A stretch of 64,000 nucleotides of DNA from the NCBI GenBank assembly GCA_951406725.2, contig OX597828.1:39618001-39682000 (forward strand), given 5' to 3'. Source of the stretch: Octopus vulgaris (taxonomy: Eukaryota). Shown one piece after another: positions 36,758 to 49,933 of this stretch. Numbering within the stretch: the stretch's first letter is position 1; each line of letters begins with the position of its first letter. A program made the position numbers and the translations under genes. The notes below the pieces were generated by a model. The model was given only the letters and a program-made list of their open reading frames with translations, did not search any database and was not told the origin of the DNA.

Positions 36758-37752
36758 CTATACATAGGTACTTTAGAAAGATGTCTTCTACAATAGCCTT
36801 GGGCCAACCAAAGCATTGGTAGACGGAAGCTAAAAGAAGTCCATCAAAAGTCCTTCCCAAATCACAGACTCATAAGGCTGGTTTCCCAGATTCCGTGGTG
36901 TATTCCCCGATTGAATGGGATGCTGGTCTACCATAGGATTACTCAGTTTTCTCCATTTGAGTGGACTGGAGCAACGTGAAATGAAGTGCGCATTGCTTGG
37001 TCCAAGAATCAAAAACACAATTATGTGATCATGTGTCCAACACCCTAAACACTAAGCCCTGTGCCTACACACACAAACACGATGGACTTCTTTCAATTCC
37101 TGTCTACTACATCCACTCACAAGGCTTTGGTCAGCCCAGGACTACTGTAGAAGATACTTTTCCAAGGTGGCATGAAACAGGTGATTGTTGAGAAGCAAAC
37201 TTCTTAACATGCAGCCATATCTTCTCCTTATAGTAATTAATAATCATTAGGTTACCAATTTATGAATAAAACAAGGACCAAGTCAAATAAACTCCCCTAA
37301 CAAATCAAATTTATTCTTCCCTGCCAAGCCAGTTTGACTTGTTTGTTTTTATCGACAATAAGGAAAGTCAATCTAAACAGAATTTGTTGTATATTCCAGG
37401 CCACACATATGAAGAGAAGCATCTCATCTACAACCAACTTCACTTGAGCACTGTTTGTATATGTAAGACTACATTATTCAATGTGTCACTCTCATTTCAA
37501 GATAGCAGGGTGTAATTTAAGGGAGATTTGGCTACTATTTCTAGCAGGTCATATAATTTACTTCATCCCAGTTATTGAGGATCCCTCATTGGTTTGTGAA
37601 AGAATGTACAGCATTTCATGTCACTGTACCATATCTGTTATAACAGTAAAGAGGAGGATAGGAAGCAAGGAAAAGCTAACCAACAAAAAACAAAAAAATA
37701 ACAGTAATGTAAAAGAAATAAACAAAAAAAACAACAAAAATAGAATACCTAC

Positions 37753-38144
37753 TTTTCATAAGGTTCTGGTGGTGGATATAGCTGGACTGTACATTTTAGC
37801 TGACCACAGGTCAATGTCATAACATAGGGAGAGAAGATGTCATCGGCAAATCTCTGGAACATCTGCTGGACAGATTTTGTAGAAAGGGCAGCATCCGGGG
37901 TGTAAATGTCTCCGCCATAACCATTGATGTCAATCAGCTTTTGAAAGAGCGGCAGAGAAACCCGGAGGTTAGGATCTGATGGGGGCGCAATGCACATCAC
38001 ATACAGTTTGCATCTTGTGTTGAAAGGTAATGGGAAGCTCCCTTTCTCACTGTTGTTCTTTGATTCTCTTTTGTGATACTTTTGTAATGAATAAGACAAA
38101 GAACCGGGACCAACGCCAGAACAACCATCGGTGATTAACAGAAC
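37753..38144 (-). CDS. INTS14: Integrator complex subunit 14, coding exon 3
   Basis: Acceptor ttttgcAG, donor GTAGGT (phase 2), 392 nt. VLLITDGCSGVGPGSL..FPLPF..KLYVMC..LIDING..VQLYPPPEPY matches human VVLVTDGCLGIGRGSL..FPLPF..KLYIMC..VQVFPRPEPF as recalled. Confidence 0.95.
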
Positions 38145-38237
38145 CTGCAAAACAAATCCAGAAGGAGAGTGAAAAATGTTACAGAGGTAAAGGAGTTTGT
38201 GTTTATACAGATATATATGTATATATATATGTGTGTA

Positions 38238-38297
<60 letters not shown>

Positions 38298-38298
38298 C

Positions 38299-38630
38299 GG
38301 TATATTTAAACATTACTTTATATAATTAGGGTTCAGCAAAAAAATTTACTTTACCACACACCGAACTTTAGAAATAGCAGCCAAAGAATTTAGCTATTTC
38401 CCCTACTATAAGAAGAGTCTCCCAGACAATGTATACTCAAAAACAATTCACGTAGGCATAGAGGGAAAAATAACGAAAGATCACTCGTAAAGCGATTACT
38501 TGAAAACGCACAAAGTAAATTTTTTTGCTGAACCCTAATTATATAAAGTAATGTTTAAATATACCATACATACTGAATATTGCTTGGTAAAATTATTAAT
38601 TACTAATTAATTAATTTTACCCTTATTATT
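38299..38630. mobile_element. Fold-back insert in (TA)n, probably Penelope-like
   Basis: Perfect 54-bp inverted arms 38299-38352/38512-38565. Interior TTACCACACACCGAAC..AGAAATAGCAGCCAAAG..AGCTATTTC is related to 57042-57320. Confidence 0.6.
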
Positions 38631-38705
38631 ATATATGTATATATATATATATGATAAAAAAAGTCAAGGTAGAAAATGCTAAAATAATTTTATAAAAAAC
38701 ATTTC

Positions 38706-38739
38706 AGTACCGGTTTCAGTCATTGAGACTTTTTCAACT
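38706..38739 (-). ncRNA. Minimal hammerhead with U3-A8 core variant
   Basis: Minus strand AG-TTGAAAA-AGTC-TCAAT-GACT-GAAA-CCGG-TA-CT, within a ~240-bp insert flanked by (TA)n. Confidence 0.65.
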
Positions 38740-38912
38740 TTAATTATGGAAAACAATTAAATTTTGGAAAAATTAAAAGAAAAAGTTTTTTTAAAAGAAT
38801 ATTTGTATAGTGTTCAAATACAAGTGGCATTTTCCTTGTTTCTGCCTGTCTCTGTCTCTCTTGTTTACTCTTGTGGGTTTGAAGGTCATTTTATATATAT
38901 ATATATATATAT

Positions 38913-39686
38913 CATCATCATCATCATCATCATTTAGCATCCGCTTTCCATGCTAGCATGGGTTGGACGGTTCAACTGGGGTCTGTGAAGCTGGAAGGCT
39001 TCGTCAGGCGCAGTCAGATCTGGCAGTGTTTCTATGGCTGGATGCCCTTCCTGGCAAACGGCCACGAACAGACGGTGCTTTTACGTGTCACCGGCACGGG
39101 GCCAGGCGATGCTGGCAACGGACACGAACGGATGGTGCTTTTACGTGCCACCGACATGGGGCCAGATATATATATATATATATATATATATGAAGCAAGA
39201 TCTTTGAACTTTGGGCCTCAAGGAGGCAATGACTGGTGACCGAGACATTTGGCAATGTGCTCTGCTTGAGAGAACCCACCAAGCCAAATGAAATTGTATT
39301 CATGGCTGATGTTAGTTGCACATAAAAAGCACCTTTCGAGTGTTAAGCCTCATGGAGACAAAGTGGCTAAGCTCCTTTCAAATGTTTGGCCTCATGGAGG
39401 CAATGACTGAAACTGTTGACATTATGTCGTGCTTGAGAAGAAGACCCATCAAGCTGAGCAAAACCGCAGTCGTGGCAGATACAAGTGTCAAGCAAATGGC
39501 ACCTGTGCCTGTGGCAAGTAAAAGCACCCATTAAACTTTCGGAGTGGTTGGCGTTAGGAAGGGCATCCAACTGTAGAAACCATGCCAAATCAGTCTGGAG
39601 TCTAATGCAGCCTTCCAGCTTGCCAGCCCTAGTCAAACTGTCGAACCCAATCCAGCATGGACAACAGACATAAAATGATGATGACA
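38913..39686. mobile_element. RTE tail (minus, 38913-39165) and RTE 3' fragment (plus, 39195-39686)
   Basis: Shared tail motifs and ORF-end sequence GGGCCTCA..GAGGCAATGACT. Confidence 0.85.
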
Positions 39687-39688
39687 AC

Positions 39689-39728
<40 letters not shown>

Positions 39729-39740
39729 TATATACATATT

Positions 39741-39960
39741 TCAAAATGTAACTACATGTGGATCATTGGCGATTTTTTTCCTCCATCTTCCTTTTCTCCA
39801 GGACTTTCCTCTGTCTCCTGCTTCTGAAGAAGAGCTTTGCTCGAAACGTAAAATTACCTTTCTTTCCTTCCCTGAGCATCTGTTAATACTTTGCATGTAC
39901 CACATCCTTGTGTTGTTGATTTTCCCTGTGTTTTTTCTTTGTTTTTTTTGGGGATTAACT
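39741..39960 (+). mobile_element. Penelope-like pLTR fragment with minimal hammerhead (39822-39852)
   Basis: TT-CTGAAGA-A-GAGC-TTT-GCTC-GAAA-CG-TA-AA. Microsatellite on both sides. Confidence 0.7.
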
Positions 39961-39998
39961 ATATATATACATACATGCACACACACACACATATATAT

Positions 39999-40029
<31 letters not shown>

Positions 40030-40079
40030 CATACACACACACATATATATACATATATATATATACACACACACATAAT

Positions 40080-40560
40080 CAGGATGTGACGAGTAAATTG
40101 TTGCCAGTTTATAATTTTAATTTCACGCATGTGCATTGCTTGTTTTTGATTTTGTCAACTACACAGTATAGTAGGGTCAGTTGGGCCCTGTAGTGAGAAA
40201 AACAACATCATGACACAATTTACTAAGCCAGAAATTTGGAAATGACATGCCATATTGCTTGGCATTCATGCCAGAAGCTCCAATATGAATAGATGGTGAA
40301 CACACAGAACAACTGTTGGCTTGCCGTGTCCCCCAAAAATGTACCAAGAGTGATAAAAATCAAACATCCAGTCAACATAGTGGTGTTTGGAGTGTTCACT
40401 AGAGATGGCAACATTATGCCTCCATTCATCTTCCCATACGGCCTCACACTCAACACAGAAGCCTATATCAAGTGCCTGGAGGAGGTAGTGCTACCCTGGA
40501 TCAAGAGGGTCGCTATTGGAAGACCCTGTCTGGCAACAGGACTCTGCACCATGCCAGCAT
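40080..40560 (+). mobile_element. Tc1/mariner superfamily transposase fragment (maT/DD37D-like)
   Basis: KHPVNIVVFGVFTRDGNIMPPFIFPYGLTLNTEAYIKCLEEVVLPWI, then frameshifted WQQDSAPC. Confidence 0.75.
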
Positions 40561-40564
40561 GGGT

Positions 40565-40832
40565 TTCAGGGGACCAAAATCTGTTTAATATCCTGGCAAG
40601 GAATCTAAGAGGTTTGCAAGGTGTAGGTGTGGAAACCTTAAAAAATAACCTGGACAAATTTCTATCTGAAATCCTGGATGAACCCACATCGCGGAAGGCA
40701 GCACAAGGAAAAAGCAGCTCTGCCCAACTTGTTTCTTCACCAGAAACAATACAAGAAAGAGACCCAAAAACACAGAAGGGCAGTGCTCCAGCATGGCCTG
40801 AACCTCTAGCTGAAGCCAGAAAAAGAAAAGAA
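40565..40832 (+). mobile_element. CR1-group LINE 3' end
   Basis: LFNILARNLRGLQGVGVETLKNNLDKFLSEILDEP resembles the (W/F)NxLP..FKxxLD C-terminus. Tail GGCAGTGCTCCAGCATGGCC..CTGAAGCCAGAAAAAG. Confidence 0.65.
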
Positions 40833-40889
40833 TAATATGATACACACACGCACACACACACATACATGCATGCATACACACACGCACAT

Positions 40890-41340
40890 TCTTTTATTCA
40901 TTTCAGTCATCTTGACTGCAGCCATGCTGGAACACCACCTCTAGTCGCACAGATCAACCCCAGGACTTATACTATCGGTCTCTTTTGTCGAATTGCTGGG
41001 TTACTGGGATGTAAACACACTAACATCAGTTGTCAAGTGTTAGTGGGGGGGGGGACAAACACAGAAACACAAACACATACACACACATATATATATGATG
41101 ATGATGATGAGATATATATATATATATATTCGTCCAACCCATGCCAGCATGGAAAACGGATGTTAAACGATGATGATGATGGGCTTCGTTCAGAATCCAT
41201 CTACCAAATCCACTCACAAGGCTTTGTTCGGCCCGAGGCTATAGTAGTAGACACTTGTACAAGGTACCATGCAGTAGGACTGAAATCAGAACCATGTGGT
41301 TGGCAAGCAAGCTACTTACTACACAGTCACTCCTGTGCCT
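40890..41340 (-). mobile_element. SINE family A with an RTE tail nested in its internal microsatellite
   Basis: SINE is colinear on both sides of CGTCCAACCCATGCCAGCATGG..(GAT)n at 41131-41180. Confidence 0.85.
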
Positions 41341-41792
41341 ATATATTTATTAGAAAGGACATCCAGCCGTAGAAACCATGTCAAATCAAACAAGTTTGGT
41401 GCCCCCCTCCCTCCACCGCCAGTTTGCCAGCTCTGGTCACACTGTCCAACCCATGCCAGCATGGACAACAGACGTTAAATGATGACGATGATGTTGATGA
41501 TGACGATGATGTTGATGATGAAATAATACATACATAATCACCATCATCGTTTAACGTCCGTTCTCCATGCTAGCATGAGTTGGACGGTTTGACCGGGGAT
41601 CTGGGAAGCCAGAAGGCTGCACCAGGCTCCAGTCTTATCTGGCAATGTTAAGACTGGAGCCTGGTGCAGCCTTCAAAAGAGACATTCTGTCTGTGTATTT
41701 GTTTGTTTGTCCTCCAAAATGAAAGTAAGTGGTTTAAAGTAAGTGCTTTGTTTTCTTATCTATCTTATCTTATCTTATCTTACATATATATA

Positions 41793-43140
41793 CACTGAAG
41801 CGCAAAAGAGATACGAGCCGTGTGTGACTATCGAATATGTTTTAATTCCTTTATGTCAGAGATAAATTTTGATAAACCTGATAAATTCAATTTCTTGGAT
41901 GCACTTTGACTACAGTCTACAGGTCATTATCATGTGTTCTGGTAGTGGGCAGATCTAGCACATCGAGATTATAGGGTGTGACATGTTCAATACCGTGTAC
42001 ACCCCTCCCTGAGTGTTCAAAACGGCCATTCACCGTTGGTACATGGAGTGCATGAGGCAGTTCACAAAAGCCACTGGTACCTATGCTCACACCCTCAGGA
42101 AAGCTGCCTCCATGTCCACACAAGTTGTCGGCCTTGGGACCACCTGGTCCAGCCATCTCTGGATTTCATTCCACAGGTGTTCAATTGGATTCAAATCTGG
42201 GCTGAGTGCCAGCCATGGCATGGTTCTGATGTTGTGCTGATGCAGGAAGTCCATAGTGACCCTGACCATGTGGGAGGGAGCATTGTCCTGCTGGAAGACA
42301 CGGCTATGGTGATGCGTGAAGAAGGGCACGATGTAAGGTCTTAAGATCTGGTCAACACAGTGCTGGGCTGTGATGCCATTCCCTCTGCCTGCACCAACAT
42401 TTTGGAACACATGGGGCCTAATTCTCTGATTCATGCCTACAGTACCTCAAACCATGATACTTTGGCCATCCCACACATCTCTCTCTGTAGCGCTCACCTC
42501 TCCTACACCACACCCTCTGCCATCCAAGGTGGAAACCAGCTCTCATCAGGGAAGACTATCGACCTCTATTGTTGATGCCGCCAATGTTGGTGCTGTGTAG
42601 CCCACTGTAGTCATGCCTGACAGTGGTGGGCAGTGAGGACAGGATGTTGAGCAAGACAGCAGCAACGCAGGTTGTTGGTGGCCAGTCGACATCGTACTGT
42701 GTCGTTGCTGATGGGTCGCTGTCCAGTACCAATGGTCTCGCGAGCTGTCATACCGACAGGTCTAAAGCGATCATGGAGGTGTTGCAGGTGAATGAAGTGG
42801 TCCTGCCTGGGTGTGGTCACCCAGGGTCTCCTTTGCAGGCATGGTCTGCAGTGCTGTTGGTGTTGATGTATCACTTTTGCAGACAATAGATGGTGCTGAC
42901 ATGGACATTGTAAGCGTTCACAATCATCAGGGCACACTGCCCTGCTTGCAAACAGCCAATAGCTTGTTCCCTCTGTGCTGTTGACAATCGGGTCATACCT
43001 GATGCGTCCAAATTACAAATGCGGTTCAAGTTGATTTTTATACCCATAACCTCCACGAAATGCATGTGCTTTCGGTTTTCGTGACAACTGTTTGCAACTG
43101 CCACCCATGGCATTCAACACAGTATCTTTTGAGATGCAGA
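41793..43140 (-). mobile_element. Tc1-like DD34E transposon, frameshifted transposase 42996-41987
   Basis: MTRLSTAQREQAIG HTH start, FQQDNAPSH..SPDLNPIEHLW with exactly 34 residues between D and E, GCTRY stop. TA|CACTG terminus at 41793. The other TIR was not clearly found. Confidence 0.88.
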
Positions 43141-44098
43141 TGTCACAAACAGCCAAGCAGGCTTCTCAAAAATTTATTATTCATGACAGAAGCAGTATTA
43201 GTATCAAAAGATAAATCCTTACATCCAACTTAACATCAATGTCTTGTTAGAACATTGAATACTGAGTTATTAGCCTTGAGAAATCCTTTCATTTAGGTGC
43301 TTGGTGCATAAATGCACACACAGATTGTAGCAGAAAAAAATTTGTCTGTCATGGGCGTTGGAATTTCCACACTCCCTACTGCAAACATATAAGGAAACTT
43401 GAAACCTTTCACATGAGCTGTCTGCGTAATAATTGCAATATAAAATGTTAAGACAATATATCAAATATCTCCAGTAGCATGCTGTTGAGAATTCAATGCA
43501 GATGGGCAGGACACGTTCAAATGCAAGATGATTGCATTCTAAAAATTCTTTTGTATGGCTAAGAAGTAGTGATATTCTGTAGTAAAGGAAATCCCCTGCT
43601 AAGGTATAAAAATAAGTTGGAATAATCACTAAAATCTTTATGACTTAATGTAACACCTTGAGTAAGGTATTGCCTAGATTGGTCTGAGTGGCATAAAAAC
43701 TGTCATGTTGCATATGAACAATTTGAGTTGAAGAAATAGGACAGTAAAAGAACTTTAATCCTGTAATCAAGAGACACTTTTGTCCAATTCCAGGCAACAT
43801 TATTCCTGTTGTGATTTCATAGCAAAATTCATACTTAGACTCAAAATACATTTATACATCCTTTGGATATAGATGTAACTATTTAAAAAAAATATACTTT
43901 CTACCAAATGTTTGTCGAAATGGCTGGGAGTGACCATCATATATATCATCATCATCATCGTTTAGTGTCCACTTTTTCATGCTTGCATGGTCAAACATTC
44001 GACACTCATTTTCTGTGGCTGGCATTTCCCACTACCAACATTCACTTGTTATATATATATATAAATAGAGAGAGAGATAGTGAGAGAGAAAGGGAGGG

Positions 44099-44183
<85 letters not shown>

Positions 44184-44797
44184 TATATATACACATACAC
44201 AATATATATTCAATTAGTTTTACCCACAAGATATTCTTAGTCATGATGGCTGAAACACTGAAGCATAGCCTTCATAATTTTCTCTTTCTCTCTTTTTCAT
44301 TAGGTTAAGTTGGAGTTGGATCAGAGGATGGCCACGTATTTAGAGGACAACCTAACAAATAAATGGAAAATGACTTCGACCACAGTCTCAGCTGTGAATC
44401 AGTTCTATACGGTTAAGATGAAGGGGGACAACTCCTGTCATCAGAGTGTCAGTGAGAAAATAAGAATTACACAAACGTGTATGTGTTTACATATTTACAG
44501 TTGCACTTAACTGAAAATTTGCTTGGCTATGGACGGTGATGCTGCTGTAATTTTTCCTATCAATGGGTCAACGATGAATGGAAAAAGATAACACTTTAAA
44601 ACAGAAATAGTAATAGGATGAGTGTCCAAGCATGAAATAATGCCTTGATCACATATTTACTTAACTAATGCTAGCATGGAAAATCTTATGTAACAAGGAA
44701 TGAAAAAGCTATCATCACCACCACCACCACCATCATCATCATCAGTACATAAATTTTTCTACTGTGGCATGGATCTGATGATTCTTCCAGCATCTCA

Positions 44798-47358
44798 TTG
44801 TGCAATAGAGTACTTAGGCTCAGGCTAGTCTTGCAGAATAGTATAGTGATAATTATCTCTGCCTATGCCCCACAAGCGGGACTACCAAATGAGCTGAAGG
44901 ACCACTTTTATGATAATCTTCTGCAGGCTACCTCAAAGATAAGTGATAATGATCTTATCTTCAATGGGTACGACAGACAGCAACCCGGTATGTTCCATGG
45001 TATTCATGAAAGCCATGGAATTGGTTCCTGAAATGAAGAGGGAACAAGGCTACTGGAGTTCTATGATGCAAATAACCTCTTGATCTGCAACAGCTACTAC
45101 AGGAAGCCAGCCAGCCAGTCACCTGATAACCTACCAATCAGGTGACTGTGCTTACCAAATCGATTACATTCTCACTAGACAACGGGATGCATGGTTGCTC
45201 TTAAATACAAAGACTGTCCCTGGTGAAGATTCTAAATGATTCTGCAAAGAAAGAGGCTTGGAAATGCCATTATGAAAGACTGTTGAATGTAGAGAATGAA
45301 TGGGAAGAGGAGGGTCTGCCAATTATTGACCAAACTGAGGAACCAGCTATCCAAATTGACAGTACCTTGGTAGATAAAGCAATTAAGGATATGAAGACAG
45401 GGAAAGCCTCTGGCCCATTAGGAATAACCGCTGAGACGCTTAAAATATCTGGTGGTGTGGGTTATGTTCTGTATTGTTATGTTCTGTATTGTAAATCAGG
45501 GGGTTCACAAAGGATTCATACCCATTGACTGGTGTAGCAGTACCATAGTTAACTGCTACAAATGTAAAGGTGATGCCGTAGATAGAAATAGCTACAGAGA
45601 TATCAAATTGTTGGATCAGGTGATGAAAGTTATGAAGAGGATCATAGCCCATGCAGTTTGGTTTTGTGCAAGGGAGAAGCACCACCGATGCTATATTTCT
45701 GGTAAGGCAGCTACAGGAGAAATACCTAGCCAAAGATAAACTTTGTACTTGGCTTTTATTGACTTGGAGAAAGCCTTTGACAAGGTCCACCGATCCCTTA
45801 TTTGGTGGTCAATGCAGAAACTAGGGAAAGACGAGTGGTTGGTGAGAGCTGTACAAGACATGTACAGGGGTACTGCCAGTAAGGTGAGGGTTGGCAACGA
45901 GTACAGCTAAGAATTCAGGGTACAAGCAAGGGTTCACCAAGGATCAATCCTCAGTCCCCTCTTGTTCATCATAGTCCTCCAGGCAATAACAGACATTTAA
46001 GACAGGGAGCCTGGGAGCTCCTCCATGCTGATGACCTTGTTCTTATAGCTGAATCCCTACCAGAACTAGAGAAGTTCCAGGTATGGAAGCAAGTTCTAGA
46101 ATTGAAGGGTCTTAGAGATAACCTAGCAAAAACCAAAGTCTTAATAAGTAGGAAGGCAGACAAATCACAAATCCCCTCAGGTAGATGGTCCTGTTTAATC
46201 TGTAGAAATTCCATAGATATACTCAGTGTAAGCTATGGACACATAAGAGGTGCAGCAATATCAGAGGAAGGTTAACAGGGAAAATAGCTTTTGTGTGTGG
46301 AAGATGCACAGGTACAATAAACATTGAAAATGTTTATTGTACCTGTACAAGTGGCAGTGGGGTAACCTAGAGGTAGTAGATAGCTTCCGTTATCTAGGTG
46401 ACCAAGTTAGTAGCAGAGGTGGATTAGGCTGGGCAAAGTTCAGAGATCTTCTACCTCTGCTGGCAACAAAGGGCCTCTTGCTCAGAATGAAAGGCAGATT
46501 GTATGATGCCTGTGTGTGAACATCTATGCTATACAGAAGTGAAACATGGGCTGTGACAGCTGAGGACATGCATAGGCTTGCAAGAAATAAAGCCAGTATG
46601 CTTCGCTGGATGTGCAGTGTCAGTGTACATGTTTGACAGAGTGAGAGCAAAGTTGAGCATAAGAGGCATCAGATGTGGTGTGCAAGAGAGATGACAACAC
46701 TGGTATCATCAAGTGATGCATTTGGATGAGGACAGCTGTGTAAAGAAGTGCTGATCTCTAACTGTGGAGGGAACCTGTGGTAGACATAAACACAGGAAGA
46801 AATGGGACGAGGTGGTGAAGCATGAACTTTGAACTTTGGGCCTCACAGAGGCAATGACTAGTGATCAAGACCTTTGGTGATATTCTGTGCTTGAAAAGAC
46901 CCGTCAAGCCTAGTGAAATTGTAGTTGTGACTGATGCTGGTGTCATGTAACTGGCACTCATGCTGGAGGCACATAAAAAGCACCTTTCGAGTTTTGGGCC
47001 TCGTGGAAGCAAAGTGGCTGAGACTGGTGGCATGTGAAAAACTCCTTTTTGAGCGTTGGGCCTCATGGAGGCAATAACTGAGACCTGTGGCATTATGCCG
47101 TGCTTGAGAAGACCCATTAAGCCAAGTAAAATTGCAGTCATGGCAGATATCAGTGTCATACAAATGACACCTGTGCTTGTGGCATGTAAAAGCACCCATT
47201 ACACTCTTGGAGTGGTTGGCATTAGGAAGGGCATCCAGCCATAGAAACCATGCCAAATCAGACTGGTGTCTGATGCAGCCTTCCAGCTTGCCAACCCTGG
47301 TCAAGCTGTCCAACCCATGCCAGCATGGACAACGGATACTAAATGATGATGATGATGA
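44798..47358 (+). mobile_element. RTE LINE, decayed, with AP endonuclease remnant
   Basis: IISAYAPQAG, FYDNL, NEEGTRLLEF, QIDYIL (APE), then RT and PHD remnants with many frameshifts, and the same tail. Confidence 0.92.
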
Positions 47359-47864
47359 GCTCAAGCCAATGCAAGCTAAAACTTCACTAAATGACGTTGT
47401 GTCACAGAGAGAAGTTATTAGCTCAATGATTTAGGCAAAGATCCTAGTAATCCTGCAAATGATTAATTACCTAAAATGCCTTTCCATTTTTAAGACAGTA
47501 GGGTGAAGTACGAGGGAGGTGTGGCTGCTATTTCCAGGAAATTGAGCCACACATAAAGTTCCTCTCATTGATGCTAGTGTGAATCAAATTAAATGTACTG
47601 CAGCACATCATGTTATTTGAACAGAACTTTATATGATTCATTTCAACTAGGAAGTATTTTCAAGCTTCATGCTTTTTTGGTGAAAGAAAGAGGAAGCTAC
47701 TAGTAATTGAAAAAATATTGGAATTCGTATAAAGAATTTTCTTGAGAAATACCAAACTGGAGTGGGTTTCCTGTCTTGTTTCATTGCCCAGGAAACTATG
47801 ACATTTAAAAATATTACTCAGCTATCTGAAACATAGAAGTGGGGCTGGATCAAAATATTTCTCC

Positions 47865-48196
47865 TGACCGATGCCAGCGCCGCCTCGACTGGCTTCCGTG
47901 TCGGTGACACGTAAAAAGCACCATCCGAATCGTAGCCGAAGCCAGTGCCGCCTTGACTGGCTTCCATAAAATGCACCAATCCGACCGTGGCCGATGCCAG
48001 CCTCGCCTGGCACCAGTGCAGGTGGCACGTAAAAAGCACCCACTACACTCACGGAGTGGTTGGCGTTAGGAAGGGCATCCAGCTGTAGAAACTTTGCCAG
48101 ATAAGACCGGAGCCTGGTGCAGCCTTCTGGCTTCCCAGATCCCCGGTCGAACCGTCCAACCTATGCTGGCATGGAGAACAGACGTTAAACGATGAT
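47865..48196 (-). mobile_element. RTE 3' tail with array units (read on the plus strand as written; orientation as 22012-22487)
   Basis: GGTGGCACGTAAAAAGCACC units, AGGAAGGGCATCCAGCTG and GACGTTAAACGATGAT all appear on the plus strand, so the element is antisense to INTS14. Treat the strand as plus. Confidence 0.6.
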
Positions 48197-48480
48197 TTTT
48201 AACTAGCAATATTGCCCGGCTTTGTGTGACTATTAATCGCACTGAAGAAAATCGACTAATCTGCAAGTGCAAAATCAATACTTTCTTACACAATGTACGT
48301 ACGTGCGCTCGTGCGTTCTATGCACGCGCGAATTAAGCTAAACTTGGATGAAGTTCAATCACAATTCAATTATTTTGGTTTCAAAATCAAGCATTTAATG
48401 CCCTCTATTTTTGCGCTTATGTGTTCCATTTCCTAAATAGGAAGTACGTAGAAGCGTTTCATAAATTTAGAATAACTTAC

Positions 48481-48651
48481 CTGAGATGTAGCAAATATGC
48501 TCCACTCTTCGGTTATGATTGAATTCACTCCGCTCAATGCTGTTTCAATGCAGGTTTTACTATATTCATCCACTTTATTTAGAACCATTCGTATTTGTTC
48601 AACATCCCGTGTAAACGGCACCAGTTGTTCCCATAAATAAGAAAACACTAC
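48481..48651 (-). CDS. INTS14: Integrator complex subunit 14, coding exon 2
   Basis: Acceptor actcAG, donor GTAAGT, 171 nt phase 0/0. VVFSYLWEQLVPFTRD..DEYSKTCIETALSGV..EEW..Q matches human VVFSSLWELMVPFTRD..DDYDKTCLESALVGV as recalled. Confidence 0.95.
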
Positions 48652-49527
48652 CTGAGTGCATAAAGAAAAAAAAGATATACATATTACTGAGTAAAAAGAA
48701 GTTGCCTTAACTCATCCACAGGGGGCAGTGGGTATGGTAAGGAGTTTTATAGAGAGGTAGTGTAGTGTCCCCTTTAATACCATGCTTGTGTGCGTGTGTT
48801 TGTTCCCCCAACATTGCTTGACAAACAATGCTAGTGTGTTTACATCCTTGTAACTTAGTGGTTCAGCAAAAGAGACTGATAGAATAAGTACTAAGCTTAC
48901 AAAGAATAAGTCCTGGGGTCAATTTGCTTGACTAAATGGTTATGAAGGTGACTGAGTATATGTCCATAGAGAGAGTCAGATAGTGTTGATGTCTCCATGG
49001 CACTACAAGATATGGTAGGGAGTTTTTAAACAGTATATCATCCTTTCTCTACAATGCCTGGTTCATTGAGAAGGGCTCTTTTTCAGGTGTAATAGTAAAT
49101 GAGCAGCTGATAATCCTAGGTGCTGTCTGCCAAATTTAAAAGGCATGTCCTCTTTGCTAGTTCAGCCTTTGTTGTAGGTACAATAGCATATGAGATTAAG
49201 ACTGTCACTGGCTGTTCGTCTGTTGTCAAAATGGACAAGGTAAACTAGTCAGCTGGCAATAGGGGAGTGGCAGAGTTGACAACCATGCATTTCTATCTCC
49301 TGCCACATAACGTGGCATAGAGTGAGAAAGAGGAATTGATAGAAGAGTGACTGGAATGAGACAGTGACAGAAGAGAGAGAGAGAGAGAGATAGTGTGATA
49401 GACTGTTATATATGCTGGTTGTTAGTGAGAAACTTGAATAAAAGCAAACTAAGCAAGGGAAATCTAAAAGTAAATATTAAACATCCAAGCCAATCTTCCT
49501 GGATGTTTCCAGCAATCGTGTTTGACA

Positions 49528-49857
49528 ACAATGGAAATTGTAGCTGTGATACCAGTGCCGGTGGCACATAAGAGAACCATCCGAATGTGGTTGTTACCAA
49601 CGCCGCCCCAACTGGCCTTTGTGTCGGTGGCACGTAAAAAGCATCATCTGATTGTGGCCGTTTGCCAGCCTCGTCTGGCACGTAAAAAGCACCCACTACA
49701 CTCACAGAGTGGTTGGCATTAGGAAGGGCATCCAGCCGTAGAAATATTGCCAGATCAGACTGGGCCTGGTGCAGCCTTCTGGCTTCCCAGACCCCAGTTT
49801 AACCGTCCAACCCATGCTAGCATGGAAAGCGGACACTAAACGATGATGATGATGATG
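49528..49857 (+). mobile_element. RTE 3' UTR/tail copy
   Basis: Colinear with 22070-22487. Confidence 0.88.
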
Positions 49858-49897
49858 GGGGTAAAGAAAATGATAAGATGAAAGAAGAGGGAACAAT

Positions 49898-49933
<36 letters not shown>

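Noticed and set aside
37531-37550. Resemblance of GCTAGAAATAG to the sgRNA scaffold
   Set aside because: It is a short match from a generic GAAA hairpin in a dispersed repeat, with no other scaffold sequence.
43270-43851. Minus-strand ORFs in a unique-looking block
   Set aside because: No recognisable domain, and they do not fit the INTS14 exon chain, which is already contiguous.
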